Of a stretch of DNA of 64,000 nucleotides, positions 13,166 to 29,935 are shown in pieces. Location of the stretch: positions 37,262,001-37,326,000 of the forward strand of contig OX597832.1 of NCBI GenBank assembly GCA_951406725.2. Reading direction: 5' to 3'. How positions within the stretch are numbered: position 1 is the first letter of the stretch; every line of letters begins with the position of its first letter. Source of the stretch: Octopus vulgaris (lineage: Eukaryota). The translations under genes and the position numbers were made by a program. The notes under the pieces were generated by a model. It had not been told where the DNA came from. It searched no databases and saw only the letters and a list, made by a program, of their open reading frames with translations.

Positions 13166-14414
13166 CGTTCACACACATAAACAAAATCTCATGGGCATAC
13201 ACGTACACATAGATGTTGAAGTTGGAAATATACAAATATACATACATACATGCATACATACATACATACATACATACATACATACATACATACATACATA
13301 CATACATAAAAAACTTATAAACCTACATACACACATACACATGCACACACACACAGACACACACACACACGCATGTATAATGAAATAACAGTACACATTC
13401 CTCGTGTGTCATTATGTTTATTATGAAACGACTATGTTTCTGAATTTAACATTATTCGCAAATCAACGATTCGAGACCTAGGATAATGAGTAACGATGTC
13501 TCCGTTTATAATTACAAGGGAAACCAGTGAAAACGCGTCGTCGTATTCGTACGTCCGATACAACAGTCTAAGTCTTGAAGTTTACAACTTTCATATAGTT
13601 GATAATTTTCATGCTTACGTTGAAGCTTTTCTCGCTGATCAAGCGATTACATAGCGGTTTCCCCTCACTGTAAACGAATCCCACATGAAGTTATAGTTTA
13701 GTTCTTCTTTGCTTAAAGTTGTTGTTGTTGGTGGTTGAAGGCAGGGCGTTATTTCATCCATGGATCTGTTGTTAGCTTCAAGAGCAGGGTTCAACGTTCT
13801 TCACGTCGAGGCCTTAACAAAATCTACAATAACAACAACAATAACAACCCCTGTCCCCTAAAGCTTTCATAAGACTCTTTCTTGAATTATTAAATTGAAA
13901 TGAAACCATCAATGATGTCACAACGAAGTGTCAAGGAAATAGATTCCTTTTGTTAGGTTTTTGCCTTCTTTTATTAATGGCGTTCTAATTACGAAATAAT
14001 TAGTAAGATTTCTGCTCTATCTTTTATACTATTTTTACCTTTCTTCGTTTTTCTTCTTCTTGTTATGAATTTAATTTTATGAAAATTTCAGCCAAAAATA
14101 TTTAGTAGGAAAATAAAAAAAATAACAGAACATGAATAACAACAACAACAAAAACAGCATCAACATCAAACATCACCAACATAATTTACAACAACAACAA
14201 CATAAATTACAACAAAATATCAATAAATGAATTAAAGAATAATAATTACATCAACAAAAAAAAATACCAAAAAGTTAGAAAAGTAGTGAAGATGTGTGTG
14301 GAGGGGAGTTGGTTAAGGAGTAATTAAATAGTTGGAAATTCTATTGTTAACACGAGGCCAACATATGCATTTCCATTTTTGATTTGTTTCACTTCATTAT
14401 TTCAGCCCCAGGCT

Positions 14415-14455
<41 letters not shown>

Positions 14456-14628
14456 GTTTATTTTTCTGATTTAAAAAAAAAAATTGTATGAAAATTATTA
14501 TATCTGTCTACAATATTTTTGCAATGAAGTTAAACGTATCCGAAAACATATTTTCTAGGTTTTAAGTTTTCTTTTTTAAAAACCAAATTTTTTTTTGTGA
14601 AAAGAATAGGCCTGTATGTATATGTGGC

Positions 14629-14701
<73 letters not shown>

Positions 14702-14734
14702 GTCTGTCTGTCTTTCTGTCTGTCTGTCTGTCTA

Positions 14735-14813
<79 letters not shown>

Positions 14814-14880
14814 GTCTGTCTGTCTGTCTGTCTGCTTGTCTGCCTGTCTGCCTGTCTGTCTGTCTGTCTATCTATCTATA

Positions 14881-14945
<65 letters not shown>

Positions 14946-15351
14946 CTGAGTGTATGTGGATGTGTATACGTTTGTGTGTACATGTGCTCTAGCGCTTGTG
15001 TGTGTATAACATTTATACAGTGTGTGCATCTGCGCGTATGTGTGTGCATGTATGTGCATGTATGTGTGTGTGTGTGTGCGCGCGCGCGGCGTGTGCAATA
15101 ATTGAACCATATGTGGTTGTGTGTATGACAGTGAAATATAACGAGAATACAAGATAGGAAAAATTTAATTTTGTTTCGCGTTAAAGAGAATTGTTGAAAA
15201 AAATTAAAAATTTCCACCTCGGGGTTTCTTAAACTGTTTGGCTTGGAAAAGACGTGCACAAAAGATATATATACATGTACGTATGCATACATACATACAA
15301 TCATATAGGCACATAGGCACATATACATAAATTCTTTCATATATATGTATG

Positions 15352-15434
<83 letters not shown>

Positions 15435-15443
15435 TATATATAC

Positions 15444-15485
<42 letters not shown>

Positions 15486-15486
15486 C

Positions 15487-15623
<137 letters not shown>

Positions 15624-15961
15624 CGTGTGTATATATATATAAATAGCGGTGCCCAGCATGGCCACAGCTCGTGAGCTGAAAGTAGATAAAATAAAAAAAT
15701 ATATAAATACACATATACTTACTATATGTGTCTGTTTGTGTATGTGTATTTACATATGTGCATATGCATCAGTGAACATATGTACATATATATGCATGTA
15801 TGCGCGTGAGTGTGTGTGTGTAGGTATGATCTAAAATGAAGAGACGATTGAAAGCAAAATCTAGATACACTCAGCCACCGCATTTGCCGTTCCTGAATCC
15901 ATTAGTCCATTAGAGCTTTCGAGAGCACCCCAGCCGCATCAACAGCATAAACTACTACTAT

Positions 15962-16012
<51 letters not shown>

Positions 16013-16020
16013 AAATAATC

Positions 16021-16234
16021 TTTTCTAGTCTAGGCACAAGGCCCGAAATTTTGGGGGGAGGGATCCAGTCGATTAGATCGACCCCAGTACGCAACTGGTA
16101 CTTAATTTATCGACCCCGAAAGGATGAAAGGCAAAGTCGCCCTCAGCGGAATTTGCACTCAGAACGTAGCGACAGGCGAAATACAGCTAAGCATTTCGCC
16201 CTGCGTTGTAACGATTCTGCCAACTCGCCGCCTT
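16021..16234 (-). mobile_element. SINE family A, near full length
   Basis: Reverse-complement match to the 58802 head and the short-tail 3' end (ttgtgcctagactagaaaaga). Confidence 0.9.
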
Positions 16235-16305
<71 letters not shown>

Positions 16306-16308
16306 TAA

Positions 16309-16342
16309 TTCTTTTTATTGGCCACAAAGGCTGACACACATG
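16309..16342 (-). mobile_element. isolated Tx1/SINE 3' tail (extreme 5' truncation)
   Basis: Minus strand reads tgtgtcagccctttgtggccaataaaagaattaattatt. Confidence 0.55.
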
Positions 16343-16368
16343 ATTAGAATAATAATAACAATACTAAT

Positions 16369-16582
16369 GGTTTCAAATTTTGCCGAAAGAGCAGTAGTTT
16401 TGGGTGAGGGGACTAGTCGAATACATCGACCCCAGTGTTCAACTGGTACTTATTTTATCGATACCGAAAGGATGAAAGGCAAAGTCGACCTCGGTTGAAC
16501 TTGACCTCAGAAGGTCTTTAAGACGGACGAAATCCCGCTAAGCATTTCGTCCTGCGTGCCAACGATTGTGGCAGCTCACCGA
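16369..16582 (-). mobile_element. SINE family A
   Basis: Reverse-complement match. Confidence 0.85.
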
Positions 16583-16585
16583 ATC

Positions 16586-17200
<615 letters not shown>

Positions 17201-17610
17201 ACTGAAAAGATTAGAAAGCGACAACATTCCCACAAAAAGCCTACTTGGCAAGAGCATATTAAACAACAAATTCGGCTACTTAAGTCTGACATAGAATGTT
17301 TAAAATGCATTGTTTGACAAGACTATAAAACCAACAAAAATCCGAAAATTTAAGGGAAAATATAATATGAAAACCATACTTGACATCGATATCACCATCA
17401 AGCAAAAGGTATGTGCTAAAGCTGCCCGCATAGCAAGATATGAAAAGCGCATTAGATTCTTCAAGGACAACATGTTCAGAAATAACCCCAAATTTTTTAC
17501 AGGAAGATTGGGAAAAGTCTGTCCCATCAAAAGAAGTGCAAGAATTATGGAATAAAATTTGAGTAGAAGGAAAAACACACGATAAAAAGGCCCTTTGGAT
17601 TCATAGAATA
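17201..17610 (+). mobile_element. R4/Dong-clade retrotransposon internal fragment (region N-terminal to RT)
   Basis: KPTWQEHIKQQIRLLKSDI..KQKVCAKAARIARYEKRIRFFKDN.MFRNNPKFF..ELWNKI..HDKKALWI resembles the R4/Dong pre-RT region; starts directly after (TAA)n. Confidence 0.7.
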
Positions 17611-17614
17611 TCTT

Positions 17615-17735
17615 TATAAAAGTTCTAAAATCTTTTACTGTCTTGGATTTTATCTCATTCTGTTAATTTATATATATATAAATTAACAGAATGAGATAAA
17701 AATCCAAGACAGTAAAAGATTTTGGAACCTTTATA
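17615..17735. repeat. ~120-bp inverted repeat centred on (TA)n
   Basis: aaaatcttttactgtcttggatttt.atctcattctgttaattta / taaattaacagaatgagataaaaatccaagacagtaaaagatttt. Confidence 0.95.
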
Positions 17736-17747
17736 TATATATGCATG

Positions 17748-17789
<42 letters not shown>

Positions 17790-19017
17790 TGCTAATATAT
17801 ATATATATATATATATGTATATATGCATGCTAATATATATATATATATATATATTAGCATGCATATATACATACATACATACATATATATAAATATAAAA
17901 TGGAGCTTGACTATAGTCTGTCCATTACACTTACTCAGCATTACCTGACACCTTTGGGTCTTCTTGACACCATTACCTCTCATAACCTCAATATATATAT
18001 ATGTACATGTGTGTATGTATGTATATATATAGTCGTATATGTGTTCATTTGACCGTTGAACCGTAATCTTACGATTTATATAAATGTGCTTAAAAGCATT
18101 CACAATAAGACACGTCTTCACACCAACACTCGTATCCACACAAATACGCACACACAACTCTTCCTTCCTTTATGCGTGTGTGTATATATATACATACATA
18201 CTTACATACATATACACACTCATTATACACACTAGATAGGCTATCTAAGCCACCATATAATGAATTATCATCCAATACAAACTATTTCATCCATAATTTG
18301 ATATTTTATGCCAAAAATATTTATTGTATTCCATACTTGACTGCTTTCTACCTTGTTTGGCTGATGCTTTATTGTCGCAATCATCGATGTTGTTGTTACT
18401 GTTGTTTCACCTGTGGTTGTTGTTGTTGTTGTCGTTGATGCTGCTGCTGCTGTTGCAATTATTTTAGTTGCTGTTGTTGGTGTTATAGTTGCTGCTGCTG
18501 TAGTTGTACTACTATTGCTGTAGTTGATACTTCAACATTTGTTGCTGTTGTTTTTCATTGTTGCTCCCGGCAATATTGTAGTAATAGTAATAGTAGTAGT
18601 GGTGGTGGTGGTGGTGTCAGCGTGGATGGTGATGGCGGCGGTGGTGGTAGTAGTAGTAGTACTAGTAGTGGCAATAGTATTTGTTGTTGTTTTTGCCACT
18701 TGTATTATATACGGAAACTGTCACTGGTTTCCAGGTTGACGGGTACATCGTACACGGATGGCTGAGGTCCCCGGTTTCGTTCTATTTGAAATGATAACAA
18801 GCCAGTGTCAGGGAGTGTGTATATCGATGTACGTATGTGTGTGTGTGTGTGTGTGTGCATATGTGAGTGTGTGTTTGTGTGGTGTGTGTGTGCATATGTG
18901 TATGTGCGTTGCGTACCTGTGATAATGACTATATGCGTGCAATTGTCTATGTCGCGAACTTATGTATATGTTCGACAGTTTCCGTGATCACATTCATTCA
19001 CACATAATATGTACGCT

Positions 19018-19048
<31 letters not shown>

Positions 19049-19196
19049 CACACACAATCACAATCACACAAACACACACACAGATAAATGTGTATATTTG
19101 TGTAAATATTAGTCTTTGTATACGTATATGTTTATATATGTATCCATGTGTATGTATAGTACTTGTAATTCACTGTGCGAGTGTCGTATATATATA

Positions 19197-19269
<73 letters not shown>

Positions 19270-19458
19270 GATACCTATACACATACATAAATACATCCAT
19301 ACACACACACACAAACACACATACACACACACATATATATATATATACATACACACACACACGCATATATATATGTATGTATGTATTTGTATATATGTTT
19401 ATCTAAATATATAAATTAAACACACATATACACTCATATTTATGAATACATACATCTG

Positions 19459-19490
<32 letters not shown>

Positions 19491-19572
19491 TGTATGTATG
19501 TATGTGTGGATGCATGTATATCTATATATCTGTGTATATAATTATACATATGTTTATATGCATGTATCGGTC

Positions 19573-19611
<39 letters not shown>

Positions 19612-20349
19612 GTGTGTGTGAGCGTGTGCGCGCATATGTCTATTATAACATGTGTGATGGAGTGGAACGGACGAATATTATTTGACGCAAACTGCACCCA
19701 GATAACACTGAAGTGGGAGGGAGAAGTAGAGGTGGTAGGAGTTCGCTATGTGGTAGCAGGAGTTTGGGCTGATAACTTCCAGAGTATGTATGTGCGATTG
19801 TGTGTGTGTGTGTGTGTGTGTTTTTCATTGTGTGTGTGTGAGAGTGACTTAGTATTTATATATCAATCACGTGACACGGATCCCTCCTCCTCATGCTTCT
19901 TCTCTTTTTTTTATATATATAAAAGAATTTTCATTGCGTCTAAACGTAATTATTTCTTGTTCAATGTGAATCGTAGGGCGAAGGTTCGGATCCAGTTAAA
20001 ATCTAACATTTTGTTTTAGTTTTATGAATATATGGTTCAAATATACAGAGAGCAAAAGTCAGAGACAGGTGAGAGAACAGCAAGCAGGTGTTTGACGCTA
20101 GGGAAAAAATGGAAAAGTGTTTGACGTTTCGAGCCTTCGCTCTTTTGCAGAAAAGTATGACAGGAAATGAATGGAGAAAGAAAAAAAATCGGAGAGAGCA
20201 AAAAGTCTTGGAGAGAAAAGAATCGTGTCGGAATTAATGGTTTCACATGTTGAAATAGATTTTTTATTTCCATCATCTGTAGAGCACAAAATAGGTTCAC
20301 AATTAGTTAAAAGTTCATCTCTGCATTTTGCTTTGACGATTAATACAGA

Positions 20350-20490
20350 TGGTTTCAAGTTTTGGCACAAGGCCAGCAATTTCTACGGAGTGAAGAAATC
20401 GATAACACCAAACCCCAGTGTTCAACTGATACTTATTTTATCAATTTCGAATGAATGAAAGGCAAAACTCGGCCCATGTGGAATTTGAAC
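20350..20490 (-). mobile_element. SINE family A, diverged
   Basis: tttggcacaaggccagcaat...gaatgaaaggcaaa...gaatttgaac. Confidence 0.7.
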
Positions 20491-21500
20491 ACGTGATTAC
20501 ATGTCCTGTGATTGATTAGGAAACATACTATTATGAATGATAAGAAAAATTTAGCGCCCATTATAAGTCGGGAATTAAAAGTTACAAACACGTTCGTTAT
20601 TATTTCCGACTACGGCTGTTGTTACATGGTTGATTAATTCTACTGCACATCAAATGGCGGTTTCATCTTTTCCAATCAAAACTTTAGCAGTTTAATTGAA
20701 CATACGCCTAACATTTGAAAGTAGATGTTACTGCATTCGAAATGAAGTGAGAGATCTTATTTTGATGCCAACCATACGAAATTAGTACAAAAAAGTGCTG
20801 CTTATGCATCACTGAAAAGAGTTCTCGTACCCAACAACCTCAATGAATCGACAGACTTAATGTTAGAACCCATTTACTAAATATCACCAGTCTAATAAGT
20901 TTCTATTGAAACACTGGACAATTGAATTATCATTTTATTGAATGGATCAATACTTGCCTATTTCCCGGGAGAAGTCATAGTTTGTCTATTTTCTTTCCCT
21001 TATTTTAACTCAATAAATAACATTGCTGATCTCTTACAGTCTCTGATCTTCACACCGTCACACCTCGTCCGCAACTCATTATCCCATTTAACAACACATA
21101 TCTTTCCACTTTTTTTTACAAATAATTTACTGTATATCACGCACCAAACCGTCTAACCTTCATTTTTTTCAACTTAATTAGTTCTTATTACAATGTATTC
21201 TATTTATTCTTCGGGCAGAAATATCGTCCATAGCAATATTAGTTATACTCCTTAATATAACTATAAATCCAGGATGGAATTCAGGAAAAACCCGAGGAAG
21301 ATAATAATTTTTCATATATATTTTACTCGAATACGTGACTAAGTCGACTGTGTAGTTCTTTGATAATTGTTCAGGATTTTTGGACATGAAAATCCGAGTT
21401 ACGATGTATTATCAAAAACAAATACATACATACATATCTACATACAAAACTATCCTTCTGATGTTGAAATTCCAATGAAGGTATATATAATGAAGGTATA

Positions 21501-21561
<61 letters not shown>

Positions 21562-21620
21562 ATCCTTCTGATGTTGAAATTCCAATGAAGGTATATATAA
21601 TGAAGGTATATATGTATATA

Positions 21621-21655
<35 letters not shown>

Positions 21656-22032
21656 GAGTGTGTATGTATGTGTGTATGTATGTATGTATGTATGTATGTA
21701 TGTATGTATGTATGTATGTATGTATGTATGTATGTATGTATGTATGTATGTATGTATGTATGTATGTATCTATCTATCTGTCTATCTATCTATCTGTGTG
21801 TGTGGCTGTGTGCGTGTTCGTGTGTGTGTGTATTTGCTTTGAATTGCTTGTTTTTATTCGACTAGACTGCATGACATTATACCAATTTATATTGCTCTTA
21901 GATATTACTTTATTGAGCTCTTTGGTAAAGTTCTGCAAAAAAACAAAACCAAACATTTTCGTCCCGTGCTGAGAAATATTTATAAATTTCCACGCCATAC
22001 ACACACTCACTCATAGACAGGCACATAGACAC

Positions 22033-22063
<31 letters not shown>

Positions 22064-22497
22064 TACACACACACACACACACACACTAATCATAGTATAC
22101 GCATCAGAGAACACGAGCACTCACGCAAGGAACTGTCATTTATAAAATCCAACTAGAATATGGTATCATTGCTATAATATATAGACCTTCATCATCATCA
22201 TCATCGCTCACCACAACCACCACAATCACCACCACCACCACCACCACCACCACCACCACTCCAATCGCTACAATTACACTCATCATCATGTACACACATA
22301 TGTATTTATATATATATATATATATATTTATTTATACATACACGCACCCTTAGACATATGGTGGTGTCTATGTATGTATATGTATTTGCATTTGCATGTG
22401 CATGTGTATGGGTGAGTATATATGCGCTATTTATTATTATTATTATTATTATTATTGTTGTTGTTGTTGTTGTTATTATTATTATTATTATTATTAT

Positions 22498-22632
22498 CGA
22501 CTTTGCCTTTCATCCTTTCGGGGTCGATTAAATAAATACCAGTTACGCACTGGGGTCGATATAATCGACTTAATCCCCTTGTCTGTCCTTGTTTGTCCCC
22601 TCTATGTTTAGCCCTCTGTGGGCAATAAAGAA
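22498..22632 (+). mobile_element. SINE family A, 5'-truncated, long (Tx1-like) tail
   Basis: cgactttgcctttcatcctttcggggtcg...tgtcccctctatgtttagccctctgtgggcaataaagaaa, inserted in (TTA)n. Confidence 0.9.
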
Positions 22633-22711
22633 ATAATTATTATCATCATCATCATTATTATTATTATTATTATCATTATTATTATTATTATCATTATTAT
22701 TATTATTATTA

Positions 22712-22819
<108 letters not shown>

Positions 22820-22941
22820 ATAGTAGTAGTAGTGGCAGCAGCAACAGCAGTGGTACTGGTAGTGGCAGCATCATCAGTAGTAGTAGTGGTGGTGGTGGTG
22901 GTGGTAGTAGTAGTAGTAATGGTAGTTGTAGTAGCAGCATC

Positions 22942-22996
<55 letters not shown>

Positions 22997-23106
22997 GTAG
23001 TAGTAGCCGTAGCATTTACGTACTGCGACCACAACAGGAGGACAGGTGAGAACGATATTTTAGTAGTCTCACGCTTGCTTTGCACTTATTCACTGCCAAC
23101 ACTTAC

Positions 23107-23206
23107 CGCTCCGTTCCACCATTAAAGTCCATCGCCTCAATTTATGCTGACATGTTGAAGCGACACCTATCTTCGCGCTATCACTGTCGGCCATATTGCT
23201 TGACAT
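23107..23206 (-). CDS. candidate alternative first coding exon [33 protein letters not shown]+G (phase 1)
   Basis: ataATGtca start, 33 codons + 1 nt open, consensus donor GCG|GTAAGT, unique non-repetitive sequence. Confidence 0.5.
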
Positions 23207-23412
23207 TATTGTGCTTGCTTTTGTGATTCAGTACAAAAGCATAGAAGCGCTTCCCGAGTCTGATTTATTATGTGAAGAACAAAACATAAACACCGTCTAT
23301 CCTCTCAACAACTACTTATTGTGTCTAACTATCCACTCATCACCCAGGCTTCGTCTAACTATTCACTTGACATCAACACACTGCTTTTTACTAAACGTAT
23401 ATACGTATATAT

Positions 23413-23486
<74 letters not shown>

Positions 23487-23487
23487 C

Positions 23488-23990
<503 letters not shown>

Positions 23991-24029
23991 ATATATATAT
24001 ATATGCACACACATATGTTGTTTGTCTTT

Positions 24030-24150
24030 TATCTTTTGGTTCTTTTAGTTATTAGACTGCGGCCATACTAGGGCACCGACTTAAAAGAATTTTAGTCGAA
24101 CAAATAGACTCAAGTACTGATTGTTTAATGCTTGGTACTTATTCTATCGG
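24030..24150 (-). mobile_element. SINE family B, 3' part
   Basis: gactgcggccata...tacttattctatcggtc matches the reverse complement of 44890-44990. Confidence 0.7.
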
Positions 24151-24499
24151 TCTTAGGTAACTGGGATAACTCCGACATAAAATCTGCGGATCAGTAGTTA
24201 CCGATGATGTTGACTTGTTCTTCTTTTCGGATTATGGCTGCTGTTGCTTAGTGAGTGAGATTGACTCAGTGCACAGGCTTTCCTCACTTTAAAAAAAATC
24301 TTCTTGCACAGGCATTGCACGATAACAACATTGATTAAGCTTCGTGCAATGATCATACTCGATAACGAGGGGGCAGCCACCATGTATGTATGTATGTATG
24401 TATGTATGTATGTATGTATGTATGTATGTATGTATGTATGTATGTATGTATGTATGTATGTATGTATGTATATGCAAGTGTGCTTTGTGTTTGTGTTTA

Positions 24500-24695
24500 T
24501 GATCCCACTGCATGACAGCCAATGTTGGTTTTTATGTTCCTGTAACTAAGCAGTTCTGCGTAGGAGACCGATAGAATAAGTAACAGATTTAAAAATAACT
24601 TCTGTGGTCGATTTCTTCGACTAAACCATTCAAGATACGATTCAAGGTGCCTCAGCCTGGTCGTAGTTAGGTGGCTGAAAGAGGTGAAAGATAAA
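24500..24695 (+). mobile_element. SINE family B, 3' part
   Basis: gaccgatagaataagta...gtcgatttcttcgactaaa... Confidence 0.75.
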
Positions 24696-24711
24696 CGGTA
24701 TATATACATAT

Positions 24712-24771
<60 letters not shown>

Positions 24772-25017
24772 GCACACACATGCATACGCTGATGTTAAGT
24801 TAACTGACAGAAAGACTAAGTGCTCGCTGCTGGAAGATAGAGTACAAATTCTTTAATAAAATTAAGCCATAGCACTGTCTATATTCTTGGTTACGAGCAA
24901 AACAAACATCACATTTGTCGCATTCGACTTAAAATATATCTTATTTACTGTATTAACCGTATAGCTTTGAGTTCGTTAATTTGACTTATGGTAAACTTGT
25001 CCTACTAAACAAAATAC

Positions 25018-25054
<37 letters not shown>

Positions 25055-25518
25055 GACACACACACACACACCATACATACATACATATAGACACGTTTAT
25101 TCATATATGTGTGCGCCAAGACTTATGTAACATCGTTAATCATGTAAGACCCATGACAATCCGAAATATCACAGTATCCTGCTAAAGTCTCTGTTGTTTA
25201 ATAGACTATTTTCTTCTTAAATGTAAACCACGACTCGTATATTTCTTTCCTTTTCGGCCTCAAACAACAACAGCCTCCCGTTTTTGTTTTTTTTTCCAAT
25301 ATGGCGTCTACTGTAGTCTTTCTGATATTTTCTCGCTGCTTGTTGCAGCCGACATTTATTGCAAACGGGACGACATTTTACTCATGTTTATAACTAGTAT
25401 TGATTTGGTCAACGGGTGCAAATGTCATGCTGGGTCGTACACACACATACACACGCACGCACGCACTCGCACACACACACATACACACACACACACACGG
25501 CACGTATGAGTTTGTGTG

Positions 25519-25598
<80 letters not shown>

Positions 25599-25772
25599 TA
25601 CATATATGTGCACAACGTGCGGTGTATGAGTTTGTATGTATGTATGTATATATTTATATACAGACATATATATATGTATATATACATATATATACCTACA
25701 TGTACATGTATATATATACATATATATGTGTATGTATGTATATATATATATATATACATACATATGTATGTG

Positions 25773-25812
<40 letters not shown>

Positions 25813-26183
25813 AACACAGAGAAAGAGAAAGAGAGAGAAAGTATATGGTTTTCGATGTGTGAGTGTGTCTGTGTGTGCCTCTATGTGTGTGTGGGCATAG
25901 GAGTGTGAAAAACGATGTAGAGAACAAAATTAGAGATGGTGAGGGAGGGTTGTGAAGCTTTTTTACACTACGCTATGTCTTTACAACTCCCGGAAATTTC
26001 ATAGACTGTCGGACGAAGAAACGTACACACGCACAACACACACACGTACATACACACATATACGCACACACACGCACATACACACGCATATACATATATA
26101 TATATATTCATATGTATACATATACAGGCTTATACATACACACATACATACATACATATATATAAGTATATACGTGCATATAC

Positions 26184-26233
<50 letters not shown>

Positions 26234-26241
26234 TATGTATA

Positions 26242-26334
<93 letters not shown>

Positions 26335-26648
26335 GCATATATATTTATATGTGTATACTACACTTGATCTTAGCCAAATGACCATATTGTACGTAAACTT
26401 GAGCGCAAACTGAATCTACACTAATGAATATACATACATCTCTCGCTTACGTATATGAACAATGATACCAAACACATACATATGTTTACACACACACAAA
26501 TATATATATATATATATATACATATATTCTTACATATATTACATGCATATATACACACACAATTGTATATCTATATCTATATATATATATATATACACCT
26601 ACATATATATATGAATATACATATACACACATATACGTACATGCATAC

Positions 26649-26722
<74 letters not shown>

Positions 26723-27479
26723 TCGTGCGTGTATAAACTGTGTCTCACGTTTTTGGTTGTTCAACAATTAAAGTAAGGAAACATCAAAGCAACATATAAG
26801 CAAAAACATTCGCTTGAGGTGAAAATATCTGCCATTACTCTGCCTCGAACTGATTGGTTGCCGGAAACGTCATCTATTCATCGTTCTGTACAGCATATTT
26901 GAAATTTTCATGGATTCCCGTCCAGAAAATTGTAATATTTCCCCATATTTTCAATGTCTTATGTGTTAAGTCGACGGGAAGAACAAGAATTACTTTTGTT
27001 TATAAAAATTGTTGATGAACAAATGAATGTTTTCTTTTGTTTCATTATATGACCTTCTGTTAGGGTATGATAAATGTATTATGTAGAAATAAAAGAATCT
27101 AGGCGGTTAGATGTTTGAAATTCTACAAAAAATAACGATGGAAATGTCTGCGAACCTTTGCTCAAAATTTCAAAGGTTGTGATAGAATACGTCTGTAGAA
27201 GACAATGATCACAGCTTCTGGGAAAAGTAAGGAGGATGGATAAATGTCCTTTAGTGGATCAGTTATCTACAAAATTGTCAGTAATATCCTCCTTTAAATT
27301 CCTGATATATTTGGAGAGAGAGGTGATGAGGCGTTGCTCAAAGTATCTAAATTTTTTACGCATGTTACAAGAATAACTTTGAGCAGGGTTCTGTAAGTTT
27401 TATCTAGCTTTCTGTTTCACTCATTTGCAACGAACTTTACTTGATAAGCTAAGGCTTTAGAAATGCACATACCATAGCG

Positions 27480-28176
27480 AAAGAAGGAAACCGTTCTGCA
27501 CGCAGTCGTACAGTGTCCAACCATTTCCGCCCTTAGAGCCTATGTCGAATGACTACTAACGCGTGTGGGACGAGTTGGTTTATCAGCCAAGTCTATCGTC
27601 AATATTGTCGCGCCTCCTTCCTTCAAACGGGAAGGAAGATCCATTTTCATCGTACATATGGCTATGGCGAAAGAATGAGTATGGTGGACGCGTCTGAAAG
27701 GCCTAGAGGCAAACACTTTCCTCTCTGGTCAATCTCTCATCAACTTCTTAAAGTACCAATTGAAGAGGAAGGTGAGAGTAGAGAGGAAAGTTTTATCTAG
27801 TAAGTGCTTCAATAAAAGATGGGTGGATGTAGGAAGGATGGCATGTGTGAATGATGGAGCTACCTTGAGCATAATCCTATGAACCAGAAAAAGAAAGGAA
27901 AAAAAGGGAGTCACTTACTGTAATGTGGTTTTGTATGACATCATTGCCCGAGATTACCGTGGTCTTTTCCGTAGGCTTTTCTTTCCACGGATAAACCCAA
28001 TGTGTTTTTTTACATTTATGAAATTTCTGATACACGATCCCTTTTGATCGGAGTTCTTTTTTCTTCTTCACGATCCCTTTTGATCGAAATTTTTTTTTCT
28101 TTTTTTTTTCAAAAAGAAAAGCTCTCCATCGTATTTTTACCCCTCTGTGTTCGGCCCTGTGTGGCTAATAAAGAAA
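27480..28176 (+). mobile_element. Tx1/L1-clade LINE ORF2 C-terminus + 3' UTR
   Basis: KETVLHAVVQCPTI..VWWTRLKGLEANTFLSGQSLINFLKYQLKRKVRVERK..KRWVDV; homologous to 11752-12440; tail cccctctgtgttcggccctgtgtggctaataaagaaa followed by (CTAT)n. Confidence 0.8.
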
Positions 28177-28181
28177 CTTAC

Positions 28182-28287
<106 letters not shown>

Positions 28288-29169
28288 GTCTGTCTCTATG
28301 TATGCATGTATAGAATAGCGGATAGGCAATAAGGAACCGTTCGTTCACATTGGTATTATGATTACAGCCAACTCAAAGCAACCAAACTGACCGAGCCTTC
28401 TAGAATGTACCAAATGACACAATTTCTTCTTCAGACAGATGTTTCAAATATTACAGCTGTGATTTTTCTAGAATTTGACTTTATTTCTAGTTTCCCAATA
28501 ATGCCTACAAGCTGCCAGAGAAATGCATTCGGTAGTTTCTGGTTCAAACTGAGCTTGTATATTAAAGCAAAACAAGACAAAACAAAAATGAATAAAATCA
28601 GATAAATAAATAAATAAATAAGTGGAAGCATAGATTTACCATCTCGGTTGGTTCTAAAGTGATATTTTCTTCAAAGACAAGACGATGATTGGTGATGCAG
28701 GGGTAAGAGTCATAACGGTTATTGGTTGCACCCCATTGACCGGCACCGACTGAATTTTTCGTGTGATTCTAAGACGAAGGGTTTACATATCATTGAAAAT
28801 TTAAATTCCAGTCGGAGAATGCTTCGTTGGTGTCATGAGGTGAACTGCATTTGGTGCACAAATGCAGTCGACCCCTGACGGTTCTCTACAACAAAGTGAA
28901 ATACAAGAAAGAAAGAAATGGAGAGATAGGTAGATATAAACACACAGACACACGCACACACACGTGCGCACACACAGACACTCAGACACAGACATAGACG
29001 GACAGACAGACAGACAGACACACGGACACACACACATATAGCTAGCTAGTTAACTTGATAGATAGATAAAAATAAATAGATAGATAGATAGAAAGTGAGA
29101 GAGAGAGAAAGAGAAAGAGAAAAATATATAAATACACACACACTGGTAGCTGAATTGGTAGATGAAGAG

Positions 29170-29210
<41 letters not shown>

Positions 29211-29329
29211 AAAGAGATAGGGAGATAGATAGATATATAGAAACACATACACACACACACATATCTAGCTAGCTAGCTAGCTAGATAGATAAATAGAGAT
29301 ATATACACACATATATGGCTATCTATCTA

Positions 29330-29379
<50 letters not shown>

Positions 29380-29599
29380 GCTAGCTAGATAGATAGATAC
29401 ATAGAGAGAGAGTGAGAAAGAGAGAGAGAGAAAAAGTGAGAATAATGTAGGAAATTGTATTAAAACTGAAGTGAGAAGAAAAGAAAGAAGCAGTAATAAA
29501 GAGAAGAAGCATGAGAGATGAAGGGAAAGAATGAAAGAATAAGAGAAAGACAGAGTAAAAGAAAAAGACAGAGAAAGCGAAAGGCAGAGAGAATAATCT

Positions 29600-29935
29600 T
29601 TTACTTGTTTCAGTCATTAAACTGCGGCCATGCTGGGGTACCATCTTGAAGGGTTTCAGTCGAGAGAATCGACCATGGGACTTATTGTTTTTGAAGTCTG
29701 GTTCTTATTCTATCAGATTTTTTCTGAACAGCTAGTTATGGAGATGTAAACACGCTAACACCGGTTGTCAAGCGGTGCTGGTGGACAAACACAGACACAA
29801 AGACACACAAACACACCTGCCAAATCCACTCACAATGTTTTACGGCCCGAAGCTGTAGTAGAAGACATTTGTCCAAGGTACCACGCAGTGGAACCGCGTC
29901 GTTCAGAAATATGCTTCTAACCACACAGATGCGCC
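29600..29935 (-). mobile_element. SINE family B
   Basis: Reverse-complement match to 44624-45020. Confidence 0.8.

Noticed and set aside
13619-13760. Minus-strand MDEITPCLQPPTTTT... ORF and a 49-nt exon-like segment
   Set aside because: Donors fall in phase 0 or after a stop and are inconsistent with the phase-1 set; support is too weak.
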